Positions 14,497 to 28,500 of a stretch of 64,000 bases of DNA are shown here, in pieces; position 1 is the stretch's first letter, and each line of letters begins with the position of its first letter. Origin of the DNA: the human T2T-CHM13v2.0 reference genome, Homo sapiens. The notes beneath the pieces were generated by a model. That model saw only the letters and a list, made by a program, of their open reading frames with translations. It had not been told where the DNA came from and did no database searches. The position numbers were made by a program, and so were the translations under genes. The stretch lies in assembly GCF_009914755.1 (NCBI RefSeq), contig NC_060932.1; one strand, given 5' to 3'.

Positions 14497-15886
14497 TGAG
14501 AGGTGACAGCATGCTGGCAGCCCTCACAGCCCTCGCTCGCTCTCGGCACCTCCTCGGCCTTGGCGCCCACTCTGGCCGTACTTGAGGAGCCCTTCAGCCC
14601 GCCGCTGCACTGTGGGAGCCCCTTTCTGGGCTGGCCAAGGCCGGAGCTGGCTCCCTCAGCTTGCGGGGAGGTGTGGAGGGAGAGGCACAGGCAGGAACCG
14701 GGGCTGCACGCGGTGCTTGCGGGCCAGCGCGAGTTCCAGGTGGGCGGGTGTGGGCTCGGCAGGCCCCACACTCAGAGCGGCCGGCTGGCCCCGCCAGCTG
14801 GCCCCACCGGCCCCGGGCAGTGAAGGGCTTAGCACCCGGGCCAGCAGCTGCGGAGGGTGCGCCAGGTCCCCCAGCAGTGCCGGCTCCCCGGGGCTGTGCT
14901 CAATTTCTCCCTGGGTCTTAGCTGCCTCCCAGTGGGGCAGGGCTCGGGACCTGCAGCCCGCCATGCCTGAGCCTCCCTCTTCCCCATGGGCTCTGGTGGC
15001 GTCGGAGCCCCCCCAGGGAGTCGCCCCCTGCTCCACAGCGCCGGGTCCCATGGATCGCCCAAGGGCTGAGGAGTGCAGGCGCACGGCTTGGGACTTGCAG
15101 GCAACTCCATCTGCCACACCAGTGCGGGATCCACTGGGTGAAGCCAGCTGAGCTCCTGAGTCTAGTGGGGACTTGGAGAATCTTTATGTCTAGCTAAGGG
15201 ATTGTGAATGCACCAATCGGCACTCTGTATCTAGCTCAAGGTTTGTAAATACACCAGTGGACACTCTTTATCTAGCTAATCTAGTGGGGACATGGAGAAC
15301 TTTTGTGTCTGGCTCAGGGATTGTAAACGCACCAATCAGCACCCTGTCAAAATGGACCAATCAGCACCTTGTCAAAACAAACCAATCGGCTCTCTGTAAC
15401 ATGGACCAATCAGCAGGATGTGGGTGGGGCTGGATAAGAGAATAAAAGCAGGCTGCCTAAGCCAGCAGTGGCAACCAGCTGGGGTCCCCTTCCACAGTGT
15501 GGAGGGTTTGTTCTTTTGCTCTTTGCAATAAGTCTTGATACTGCTCACTCTTTGGGTGCACACTGTCTTTATGAGCTGTAACACTCACCGTGAAGGTCTG
15601 CAGCTTCACTCCTGAAACCAGGGAGACCACGAACCCACTGGGAGGAATGAACACCTCCAGACGCACCACCTTAAGAGCTGTAACACTCACTGCGAAGGTC
15701 TGCAGCTTCACTCCTGAGCCAGAGAGACCACGAATCCACCAGAAGGAAGAAACTCCGAACACATCCAAACATCAGAAGGAAAAAACTCTGGACATGCCGC
15801 TTTTAAGAACTATAACGCTCACCGCGAGGGTCCGCGGCTCCATTATTGAAGTCAGTGAGACCAAGAACCCACCAATTCTGGACACA
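14497..15886 (+). mobile_element. Complete LTR12 (ERV9/HERV9) solo LTR, LTR12C/D/E-like
   Basis: Starts TGAGAGGTGACAGC, ends CCACCAATTCTGGACACA; GC/CpG-rich U3, CCAAT repeats, duplicated GAGCTGTAACACTCAC U5 units; 4-bp TSD ATAG/ATAT. Confidence 0.95.
15205..15450 (+). promoter_or_regulatory. LTR12 enhancer/promoter core: five CCAAT boxes, GC-like box, GATA site, AATAAAA TATA-like box
   Basis: CCAAT at 15213, 15332, 15357, 15382, 15406; GGGTGGGG at 15422; GATAAG at 15433; AATAAAA at 15441. Confidence 0.75.
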
Positions 15887-15931
15887 ATATGATCAACCTC
15901 CTTTCAGTGTTGGTATTAAGAAACTAAAGAA

Positions 15932-16312
15932 CCTTTGCAGGCACATGGATGAAGCTGGAAACCATCATCCTCAGCAAACTATCACAGGAACAGAAAACCA
16001 AACACCGCATATTCTCACTCAAAAGTGGGATTCCACAATGAAAGCACATGGATCCAGGGAGGGGAACATCACACACTGGGGCCTGTCCGGGGGTGGGGAG
16101 AAAGGGGAGGGAGAGCATCAGGACAATACCTAATGCATGTAGGGCTTGAAACCTAGATCATGGGTTGATAGGTGCAGCAAACCACCCTGGCACATGTATA
16201 CGTATGTAACAAACCTGCACATTCAGCACATGTATCCCAGAACTTAAATTTAAAGAAAGAAAGAATTGATCGTTTTGAAAAAAAAAAAATACATTATCAG
16301 AAAAAAAAAAAA
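15932..16312 (+). mobile_element. 5'-truncated L1PA (about PA8-PA10) 3' end with composite tail
   Basis: ORF2 end and 3' UTR (GGCACATGTATACGTATGTAACAAACCTGCAC); TSD AAACTAAAGAA at 15921-15931 and 16313-16323; TT/AAGA endonuclease site. Confidence 0.92.
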
Positions 16313-17334
16313 AAACTAAAGAAGATGCTTAGTTGTTCTTGACTGAGACTTTTGGAGGATTTATATGTCATACTCTTTTCTGTTGCTTTATGATTTTTTT
16401 TGTGTTAGCTCACCATAGGATTATAAACTCCTTTGCTTGCAATTCTTTCAGAGTCTTCCTACCAGCAAACACAGAGCTAGGCACTCTGTAAATGACAAAA
16501 GATATGAAAAATCACTTTTGTTGATTGCCTGCTTCTTCCTGTCAGGCATTTTCCTAGAGGTTTTATTGTTGAATTCAGTTAAAGTTAAATTGATTTTCAT
16601 TATAACTCAGAAAAGGGAGCAAGCACTTTGAGAATCACCGTAGTGCCATTTACTCCATCATTACATCCATGGGCTTCATTAAATAATTCAATATATATTT
16701 GTTGACTGTATGGATGGATGAATATGTGCAGAAAGAGTATAATTCAAGCAATTGGAAACATATTCAGGGGCATGGTGGGAGGAAGTGAAATTGTATTTGA
16801 GTCAAAATATTCCACAGTTATAGACATTTTTTTATTTGGAAATTGGAAAAGCTGTACCTGTTTCTTATCATGTATTGTGCCAGATGACATAACAAGACTG
16901 GTAAAGGAAGCTTTCGAGTCAATATTATTTGAAAACATCTTTCATTCTAACTTTAAATATAACCCCCATGTCTGAATCAATACTACTGTAAATTAGGAGG
17001 CTTCTGAATCACATTAAATATAATATATAAAATTGAGCTATTTAGTCATTATGGTTTCACTGATTCTGTTGACAGTGCACAGTATTTTAATTCATTGCAG
17101 CTGAAAATCAAATAATTTTACTGATGCTTAGATCTTATATTCTTCTTCAGAGTTAAATAGCTCCATTATTTTTTATTTCTCATACTTTTCACATAGATCT
17201 CTTTGTGTGGGTCCTTACTGTTTCAGGATTTCTGTTATACCAAAATAATTTTACAGTTTTACAGCTTCTGCTTTATTTCTTGTTTCTTTCCTTAGCTTCA
17301 AGAAATATATTTTCAAAACACAAATATCATGTTT

Positions 17335-17780
17335 ATTTATGTATTAAACAAAAATTAACTTAGCATTTTCACTCAGGAAGCACTCTTCTAGAAGCTATGG
17401 ATAGAATAGTGACATGAGCAAACAAAAATCCCTGTCATCATGGGGTCTACATTCTCTTGATGGACACAGACAGTGAAGAAAACATAAATGTAACATATGG
17501 TAAGTGAGATGTTAAGAGGAGCTCAAGAATGCCAAGGAAGGAGGAAAATAAAAATAAGTGTTATAATTTAGATAGGGCAGCCTGTCGAGGCCTCTTTGAA
17601 AACTGAAGTTTTGAGTAAAGTCCAGGAGGTCGTGAAGGAGGGAGCTTTGCAGCCATTGAGGTAAGAACATTTCAGGTGGGTGGGGGCTGAAATACTTGTT
17701 CAGGGTGGAGTGGGGAGGCAGATGCAGCCGGACCAGAGAGGTCAAATGCCAAAGTGAGGCCAAAGAAGTGAGGAGGACCA
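17335..17780 (-). mobile_element. L2 3' fragment
   Basis: GCACTCTTCTAGAAGCTATGGATAGAATAGTGA...CAAAAATCCCTGTCATCATGGGGTCTACATTCT, typical antisense L2a end. Confidence 0.7.
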
Positions 17781-17839
17781 GAATCTCATGGGGCACTGGA
17801 ATCTTTTTTTTTTTTTTCAGCCAGCCCTACCATGACAAC

Positions 17840-18078
17840 TTCATACAAAATAACATAGCAACCCTCCATTCCTTATTACCTTCATCTCCCTGATTTGTTT
17901 CTTTTTGGAAGTATTTATCTCTGCCTAGCATCAAATGAAATATTTATCTGTTGATTTTCTGTCACGTCCATTAGAATATAAGCCATATGAAGACCGGGAC
18001 TTTGGGGTTGTTTACACATGTAACTCCTTCAAGCAGAGCAGGTAGGTGCTCAATAATACTTACTGAATAAACAAATGA
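17840..18078 (+). mobile_element. L2 3' end
   Basis: TAGAATATAAGCCATATGAAG...GTAGGTGCTCAATAATACTTACTGAATAAACAAATGA terminus. Confidence 0.75.
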
Positions 18079-18864
18079 CTTTGTAGCTACCATTTGTCCC
18101 ATCATGTGGTTATGCATTCAGCAGGTATTCAGTAAGTTCTGATTGAATAAAATTTGTCATTTCTCCTGAATCTTTGAGGTAAGTCTTCCTCAACAAGAAT
18201 ATAAGGTGTGATAGTCAGAGGATGGAGTTAATGAAATCTTAAATTTCAATACTCTTCTTGCTATTTATGTCACACTAAGTATATTTGTTCTTTCTGAGTG
18301 GTTTATTTATGCAAGGGTAGATTCACCTACCTTAGAAACTTATGTAAATATTAAATGTGGAAATGTATAACAGCTTATCTAAGATATAAATATTTTTTCA
18401 TAGAGCTTTTCCTTCTTCATCATGTCAGTGAATATATTTTCTAAGAAAAATTATGTAATATTTAGAATTTCTGAAGGAAATTGATAGCTTTGTTATTACT
18501 GACTTTCAAGAATTTAAATCAGAGAACAAAGTACTGAAAAATGCATACCTCCAGATTTTGGAAATGTAACAAATATTCAATATTCAATGTGATATGAATA
18601 ACCTAAGAGACTATTTCATATAACTCACTTTCAACCCCTATCTGCCTCTTATTTCCATAAGCTTTTAAAGAGTTTTATTTTATTCCAGTATTGTGCAATT
18701 GAAAACAACTTTCAATCAGTTAATATATCTGAAATGACTAGAAGCGATAAGAAAGAATTTAAAATGGTTATGTATGTAAAATACAATAATTTTACAGATA
18801 TTAAATAAATAAAATGACTTTCATACTTTTCTCACTCATCGAGATTAGTCATTACCTTGACAGG

Positions 18865-19200
18865 TGTATTAGTCAGTTTTCGCACTGCTATAAAGAACAC
18901 CTGAGACTGGGTTTATAAAGGAAAGAGGTTTGACTCTCAGTTCCACATGGCTGAGGAGGCCTCAGGAAACTTACAATCTTGGTGGAAGGTGAAGGAGAAG
19001 CAAGTACCTTGTTTGCAAGGTGGCGGGAAAGGGAGATAGCAGGGGAAACCGCCACTTACAGAAAGAGCAGATCTCATGATTACAGCATGGGGCAAACCGC
19101 ATCCATGATCCAGTCACCTTCCACCACGTCACTCCCTCGGCACAAGAGGAGTACAGTTTGAGAAGAGATTTGGGTGGGGACACAGAGCCAAACCATATCA
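18865..19200 (-). mobile_element. MaLR solo LTR (MSTA-like)
   Basis: TGTATTAGTC...GAGGCCTCAGGAAACTTACAATC...GGGGACACAGAGCCAAACCATATCA. Confidence 0.9.
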
Positions 19201-20254
19201 ACAATTGCAAATGTATTTGCATTAATGTTGCTGTAATCAAACCAAGTAGTCACTGTTTTTAGCAACACCTGTCCACGGAGGCAGGCAATTAGCTGAGTAT
19301 ACAGATCTGGCTGTGGTATGCCCAACTATCTGATTATTCCTATTAATATTCTGTGTGGTGACCAAAGCACATGCTCCAAAACTTTTTCCAAAGCTTGATT
19401 TTAGATACTCTCAATGTATAAATTTTTTTTTCTGACTGCATTTTACAAAATTAATTATTTGTAAAAATGCATTTTCTCCAGAGGCTTCGAGCTCTATATT
19501 CCAAGCTATAATATTTAATTCTGTCTTCTGCCTAATGATCTGAAAAGGCCTTGACCATATTATAAATTAGTGACGTTTGTATATTACATTTAACTGGTTT
19601 AAAATTACCTAACTTAAAATCGAGAAACAGCATGAATATTGAAGGAGTTTGACCACATGCATATAAAACAAGACAGTTTAAAATTATGTCAATTGCTGGT
19701 TCTGAGACTAACTAAAGTACCAACAGCCAATGCAGTCCATGATACTTGCTTGTTTATTTATTTATATTATTTACTTAATGTACACATTACTATAGAAAAG
19801 GTAGGTTGGAATGAATAGGAAAAGAAATAATAACAATTATCTGATTGTTTAAAATACTTAAAAATTTGAAAGAGTGAAAATCCACATATTAAAATTCACC
19901 TGAAACATTACATGAATTTAAGGATGAATTTAAAAGCACTTATTCATTAAATTGTTTTCATGATACAGCATTAAGATGAAATTGCATTAATACATGTTCT
20001 GCTAATATCTACAGCATTTTGCATTTCAACAGTATTTTACTGCTCTCTACCAGATAGTTAATGCCAAGCTTATCTTTTTTTATATTTCCAAAAAGGCTAA
20101 CCATTCCTTTATAATCTGAAAATAAAGTGAAATGAAGTAATTTATTCATATCGCCAATAATTTTCTGTAACAAAATGAAAAGGAATCCTTTTTAGTACTA
20201 CACATCTTAACACTGAATAATCCTTCATTCAAAGGAAGAAAGAGAATTAACAAC

Positions 20255-20490
20255 AATAATAATAATATTAGTAGCAAACAATCAAATGAGATTACCATGT
20301 GCCAGGCACTAATGCCCACAGGTGTTAACTCATTTAATCCTCACCGAACCCAGAGAGGGAAGTTTATTATTATTATCCCTTTTTTATAAAGTAAGGAAAA
20401 TAAGACCTTGAGAAGTTAAGGAATTTTTGCAAGAACTAGCAGGGGCAGGAGACATAGGAGGAGGCTTTTGATTCCTGAACTCACTTTCAA
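20255..20490 (-). mobile_element. MIR
   Basis: TACCATGTGCCAGGCACT...AACTCATTTAATCCTCAC...TTATTATCCC...GAGAAGTTAAG. Confidence 0.75.
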
Positions 20491-20605
20491 AGCCATACTC
20501 TACTCAGTCCATGAGCAAAGTACCACGCCTCCCCTTTATACAGATCATTTCCTTCATACATCTGTACCACTCAATTAAAGTATCACCAACTCTCTTTTAG
20601 TAATG

Positions 20606-20659
20606 AACAAGCTCCAAAAATGTAACATACTCAACAAGCTCCAAAAATTTAACACACTC
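20606..20659. repeat. 27-bp tandem duplication
   Basis: AACAAGCTCCAAAAATGTAACATACTC followed by AACAAGCTCCAAAAATTTAACACACTC (2 mismatches). Confidence 0.9.
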
Positions 20660-21038
20660 AAAGTCCCACAAATGAATAGAAACCAGATTTTTAAATCCAG
20701 GTCTGTTTTTTTTGATATGGGAGTTACTGTTGATGTTTCTGTTTTCTTAACCATGTCAGGCTGTTTCTGCAATGAATATTTACTAAATACCTATACATGC
20801 AAAGCATTTTAAATATCACAACATATAATACACTGTCTCTAATGTTCATTTGTTACAGATTTAGTATCTATAAAGAAATATGCAAATGAATGTAATTTGT
20901 GCTTCTCCATATGTGAGATTTGTACTACTGGTGGTAGGTAGTTATTATATGTGGCAAGTGTAACCACTTCAGATAGCAAATAAGCATAACATGAAACAAC
21001 TTCGATTCCCTTTTAAATTTGCCTCCAAGCTTTCTTAG

Positions 21039-21342
<304 letters not shown>

Positions 21343-22049
21343 GCAAGTCTTTTTTTATTCTATTAAACACATTACCAATTTCTCCTACCTTTCTCCTCAA
21401 CGAAAGAGCTATTAGAGAATTTTTCATCCAAACAGTATCTTTCTACTTGGATTATAATAACTTTGTCTTATTTTTATTGTATTTATCTTTTCTGTTCTCT
21501 TATGGCAGGAGAGACTGGTTCCCAATTTCCAGCATCAGTGTAAAAAATTCTTTTAAATGCATTTACTTAAATAAGGGTAGTAAGTTGATTTAATGAAAAA
21601 TATTCAACGAATAGTATAAGTAGTATGTGAATATGGGGAATCTTAGGAAGCTTATAGGAATTGGTTAGTGTTTGAGAAACACCATAAATAAGAAATGGAA
21701 GAGTTTTCTGATTAGACCATGAAAAAATAAAATGGCCTAACTCTGAGAAGGTGAGTTCCTTTAAGCCATAGAAGGGAGCTAGGAACTAGATGTCCTTAAG
21801 GAAATTTGCACAGAGGATACATGCATACACTACAGGGAGGGCTAGGGAGGTGCTTAGTCATTGAAACTCCTGGGAGCTATGGGTCCCATAGCAGCAATCC
21901 AAACACTGTTGATAATCTCCACATGAGTAATAGATGCTCTAGGAATGTGATCAAGGGACTGATCACTCTCTAGCTTCACAGAAGCATTTGATGCAGGTTT
22001 CATATAACCTTTAGGATTGTAATGAATAAAGAATAAGCCAAGATGCGGA

Positions 22050-22661
22050 TGTTGGGGCTCAGAAAACGATACTCCAAAACGAAGGCCTCTGCAGCAGCCT
22101 GAGAAGCAAAGATTCTTGCTGACTTTGTCCTACCCTCAATCTGCCACCCTTATTCTCCCCTTAGGCAAGCCAAAGAAACAAGAATTCCTTTTCCTCAAAG
22201 TGGTTCATAGAAACCAGAATCACTTTCCCTAAAGCCAGCCATAAAGCATAAAGGTATTACTCTAACTTTCCCCCAGCTTTCTGTGTAAGCTGGCCATAAA
22301 TAAATAAAGACCCTCATTCCAGAGGGATCCTGCCATGTACCAGGGAAGAAGAAATGCTCTAACAAGAGGCAAAGAAGAATCTGAGCAGACAGGACTTGCT
22401 AGGTTTCCCCACTCTGTTGCCATCAGCTCAAACCCTTTCTCTCCAATCACATTTCTACATGGTTGTTCCTCCTTTATTGAACCTAAGAATAAAATCAGAA
22501 TACTTACACTGTATCTTTGGGGCTTCAATCTGAACACTCCATGGTCATGTAAAACTGTGGTCAAATTAATTAGTTATGTTTTTCTTTGGTTAATTTGTTT
22601 TTACTAATAGAAATTTCAGCCATTATCCTTATCATGGGAAGGAAAGAATTTACCCACTACA
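22050..22661 (+). mobile_element. ERV1 solo LTR, MER39B-like
   Basis: Starts TGTTGGGGCTCAGAAAACGATAC, ends CTACA; contains AAAGCCAGCCATAAA motif. Confidence 0.8.
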
Positions 22662-23250
22662 GTAATATTTCAGGCAAAGAAAAAGCAAGAAAACAGGAAT
22701 GCAAAACTCATACAGTGAATTTGGAGAAAACTGAGCAACACTGAAAAAATATGAAATTAAAAATAACTTCTTGAAAGTGAATACATCAAGAACGCACAAA
22801 AATAAAATTATTTTATAAAAATAACGGTTTTCATTAAAAGAGGATGGTTTGTGATTATATTTACAGAAAATAATTTTGTTTTCTCAGAATATAGTTATAT
22901 CCTTATTAGCCACCAAATTACTTTTCTAACTTTGAATTAGAGCAAACTGATTTTTTGCTTCAAAATGAAAATAAATTTGTGTTCATTAGTGAAGACTGGA
23001 GAATAAATAATTTTGGGAAAAGTAAAATCAGTAGTTACCTTTTAAGATGTCAATATTTGTTAAAGCTGAATTATTCCAGATGCTTATATAGGGGTAAAGA
23101 AGTAAACCACTGGAATATAATAGAGATTCCAAAAAGAGATGTACAGGTATGGCTACTTTGCGTTGAATGGAAATAGCAAGTGATGGGAAAATACAAGGTG
23201 AAACCAGAATCCTTAAAAACTGGTTGTGTCCATATGAATTAGTACCATCA

Positions 23251-23841
<591 letters not shown>

Positions 23842-25238
23842 TCATAGATCACAAAATATGTTAAATGAGAAAACAAGCAATACTGTACCAACATCCTCAC
23901 ATGAATCTATACGCATGTAAGTCATGCTCACAAGCATAATCAATGCAAATACTAATGTATTTCCGGACAGTAATTGATCTCTGTTAACTTGTATGTGAGA
24001 TTTGTGCTTTAGGTACCTGCCTTATAAAATGAGAGCCATGCAAATCTCCCAAGGTTTTGTGGTGTGCTGTCTATGTCGGCATATTGAAAACATACAGACA
24101 ATGTAAAGTGAAAACAGGGTGAGAGAAAAAATGATGAGAAGTCAATGTCATTTATCATTGCTTCACAATGAAAGTCTATCCTGAAGTGAGCCCTCTAAAG
24201 GAGGGAAAAAAAACTGAGTTTTAGAATCAGTCCAGGAAGAAATGGGGGGACCCAGGTTCTGAATAACAAGAGGAGCCATATAGTATAATGAAGTAATATG
24301 TAGTAGTGGTAAGAGTCATGGAGAAGTTAGCTAAGTTAATGTGAAATGAAAGATTTTCTATTTAGTTACACAAAAGAATGGAAAATTGAATATGAATGGA
24401 ATTATTTTTAGAATTGATTTTATATCCCTGATGCACAATTTTAGCAGTCAGTCTCTTGAAAACAGGGACCTGGAGACATTTGCTCAAAGCCATAGGCATT
24501 CTTTCATGCACTTGCTCTTTAGAATCTTTTTAATCTAACTGATTAGAGAGAGCAACAGGACACAAATTAGTGCAATTTCCTTGGACAGCATTCAACATCA
24601 GTGGAAGAAGCATTGTGTTGGAAACATGAGCAGATGCACACATCAAGGGTATAATAGCTGCTCAACAGGTAATTCATCTATCCCTACTTTTGGGTTTATA
24701 AGAGAGAATTGCAGTCCTCTCCTTGTAAGAAGGAGCTATGAAGGATGGAAAGTGATGAATCATTCATGCTCAATTTGATTACCCGTGAGGACATTCATTC
24801 AAAGAGTCTTCACCCAAAAGGCCCTTCATGAAAATAAGTTATGAGGATTTACATAATTTAGATTTGCCATATGAAAATATCTAAACTGTACATTTCTTGA
24901 CTAAGATCTTTCAATTGCCAAAAGGTATATTTGAATGAGGACTGGATTACTAACATATCACTAAACACCTATAAACCATATTAAGTGCATTTGCATTTGA
25001 GAAATGCCAATTAACTGGACAAATAAGCCCATTGTGTTATGTGGACTTAGTATCCATTCAGTAACAATAGATTACAATAGATTAGTTCACTGAAAACAAC
25101 TTACTGCTGTTTTTCTGCTCGAATACAAGTATGTCATAAATATTTCAATTTTTATCTGATCTGACAGATCTTCAACATTATCAAATGAAGCCAACATTTA
25201 ATAATTTTACATGAAATAAGAAAGAAAAGAAATATATC

Positions 25239-25542
25239 TTTTTTTTTTTTTTTTTTTTTTTGAGACAGAGTCTCACTCCGTCAGCCAGGCTGGAGTATAG
25301 TGGCGCAATCTCGGTTCACTGCAACCTCTGCCTCCCAGATTCAAGCAATTCTCCTGTCTCAGCCTCCGAGTAGCTGGGACTACAGGTGCATCTCAACATG
25401 CCTGGCTAACTTTTGTAGTTTTAGTAGAGACAGTGTTTCACCATATTGGCCAGGCTGGTCTCCAAGTCCTGACCTCAGGTGATCTGCCCGCCTCAGCCTC
25501 CCAAAGTGCTGGGATTACAGCCGTGAGCCACGGCGCCTGGCC
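25239..25542 (-). mobile_element. AluSx-like
   Basis: T23 tail and full dimer; no TSD recognisable. Confidence 0.93.
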
Positions 25543-28500
25543 CCATTTTCAATAATAAAGTGGAGAGAAATTCAACAATTGTCCTTCCAATCTGCTCATA
25601 ATAAAGTAACATTCATCATTTTATCTGAATTTCGTGCATCCATTGAGATTCTGTGTGTATTGTAATCAATCAGGCCATGTCTTAATGATTGATCATATTT
25701 TTATACTTATTTATTTTCAAGGCTGGACCATGTAAATACTCAATAAACACTTATTTAATAAATGAGGAAATGAACAAAAGAGTATAATCATTGTTGATGT
25801 TTTGTTTCTATTTTCAGCAGAATGAGCTTGATATGCACTGCAATTAAGTGAACTGTACACTACATCAAAGGGCCAGGAAAAATGACGGACTTTCACAATC
25901 CTTGTGCACCATTCCTTACTCATCATACTCCACCTTGAACATTGAGGCCTATTTTATCAAAGTTGGGTGAAGGCAGAGGGGAGAGCAATATGCATGTTGG
26001 GAATACACATGAAGATTTTGGTGATAAAAAGAGAAATGGCAAAGCACTGATGAAAATAAAATTCATCTATAGCCATCAGTTGACTCAACCAGGTGTGACA
26101 TTTCACCAGCCACCACCATACATGCACCTTTTCCCTAATCCACATCTAGGCCTCCTCAGCCTTCCCTAGAAAAGAAGTCAGAGTATTCTGGTGCCCACCA
26201 GTTATCAGCAGACCAGCCTGGCCCAGAGCATGGGCTCCTCTCTTCCTCACCCCTTTGCAAGTTGTCCTACATGCTCCCTGGGTTTGGTTCATGGCTGCAA
26301 TGTAGGCTCACATTTTCTGTGACCACATGACTAAATAACATATCAGAGTTATTTTTCTAGAATTTCAACAGAGATTATATATTATTGTCCCACTCAAAAG
26401 AAGTTTGGGAGGCTTGGAAAAAAGTGAATATAATTTAATTAGAGTTAAGATTAATATGTATGAGTGCTAAAACTGTTGATTAATTCTAGGGCACATTCTG
26501 AGGTCAATTTCAGAAAATTCGGTGATGAATAATAAGGGATATTACTTGTAATTTCAACAAATTTCTTCAAAATGATTCATGGTAAGAGTAAATAAAATTT
26601 GGATTCATTAGTCCATAAAGAAAAATCCTGGCATATAAGGGTCTAGTATAGTCATTAAGACATTGTCTCTCTGTTTACAAATTAGATATCTAAAACTTAA
26701 TAGCATCCAATTTGTAAATTTACCACATTTAATTAATTTTAATTGTTGAAAATCTATGTTTTTGTATGGATCACTCTTTTCCTACTCTTCTGTCGTTTAC
26801 TTTAGGATCTAGGAAGGATAAATTCTCTACATTTTGAAGTTATTTAGGTTTAACATGCAGAATTTAATGATCTTTGCCTTTATCCATTCCTCCAGTAATA
26901 TCATTATTTGCACAAAGTAAGCTCAAAGTAAATGTTTAAATAATTAATTTTGGGTTTCTTTCCCAGCAACAGAAAGAGAAAATAAAGTATTGAGATCTTA
27001 GGCCCATTTCTCATTTTTTATTTATACTCTATTAGCTAAAATGTCAACAGCCAATGTTACTAAAGTCATCTCAAGTGTTGAATGCTTTACTAAATCAGTT
27101 ACTCTATCAAGATACAAAGGAACAAGTGTGTTTAAATATGTTTAAGTATTTATAAAATACAAACTGAAATAGCACATGAATGTAAATTATAAAACAGAAA
27201 CCTTAATCAGAAATGCATGTTCTCATTCTTTCTAATTCCATATCGAAACAATGACTCACACCCTTAATACACTCTCTATCAAGCATTGTATCTTGTACAT
27301 TTTTTCTGAATCAAGTGAAGCAGTATTGATCTTTTTATTTGCATCGATAACTGAATGACTTCCCTGATTCTTTACACTATTAAAGTTAATTAAACTGTTG
27401 GGGAAATTTTATACAAATATGGCAGGATGAGAATATACAGGTTCAGGGAACACTAGCTTTCTAGCAATTACTTTTTTACTACATTCACATCCTATATCTT
27501 CAGTTTTGTTAAATTTCCCTACTATTCTCTGCTTTGGGCAGTTAGATTAATTAGGATTCTGGACAAAGAAAATTAGTTGAGGCTTAGGGAGTGGCTAGGG
27601 AGTGGCATATGATACCATAACAAGTACATGAGTTTTACGTTCATAGGCATCATAATTTTCTCTTGATTCCCTTTTGTGTATCTAGGTTAGGTGCAGTTCT
27701 ACATTTAGATAAAGAGACTGAAAAATCCTTATAAGTTCCCCTGAGTCTAAGCAGATGTTTTATGTGCCAGAGAGTGTGAAGGTTTAAGATTAGTATATTT
27801 GTTCTATTGAGTATTATGATTGTCTGCTGAAATGATTTAAGGAGCAGTTAACCATGAGTGGCTCTGAAGCACTGAAGGCCTGTTTGGCTGAAGGTTCATT
27901 CATGCATAGCCCATTTTACTGCTACCCAACACAAAGACAGTATGAAGGAAAGGTCCCGGAGAAAGACAGACCTAATAACATAATCACAAACACAGAATTG
28001 CTCAGTTAGGTTATGAAAGAAAAGGCAAATGCAGCCTAAGAGTAAAATGGGTCAACAGTAGAACAGGAATACACAGAGCTATTACTTTTGAAACTAGGAA
28101 TCTTAGCTATCACGATAATTTTGATTATCAGTGCTAAAATAAATTGTAGAATTGTGTACTAATTTCTACTCTGATTTTTCAGTTATCTGGGTAAGTTTCA
28201 AGAAACCATTTTTGAAGTTTAAAAAATAGTAATACTTTAAATGGAAGGATTTAATAATACAAACCTTTTAAAACACAGTTAAATAGAAGTTAGAGCTTGT
28301 AAGTACATTAAAATTATTCTTATCATAATTATCTGAAGAAAAATTCTAAGGGAAATATTTAGAGGATAGTGTTAGTATAAATATAAACAAACCAACAAAC
28401 AAATAAATTGTAATAGAAATAAAATCCCATTTTCATGGAGAAAATAAATTGGAAATACAACTGGACTTTTTATAATAGAAATCAGAGTTATCTTTATCAA

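Noticed and set aside
14403-15892. Cluster of overlapping 60-190 aa ORFs
   Set aside because: All lie in the GC-rich LTR12, where stop codons are scarce; not genes.
19437-19471. 35-bp imperfect palindrome TGCATTTTACAAA...TTTGTAAAAATGCA
   Set aside because: Short and AT-rich; plausible by chance.
21876-21892. 17-bp palindrome GCTATGGG-T-CCCATAGC
   Set aside because: Single short palindrome with no assignable factor or context.
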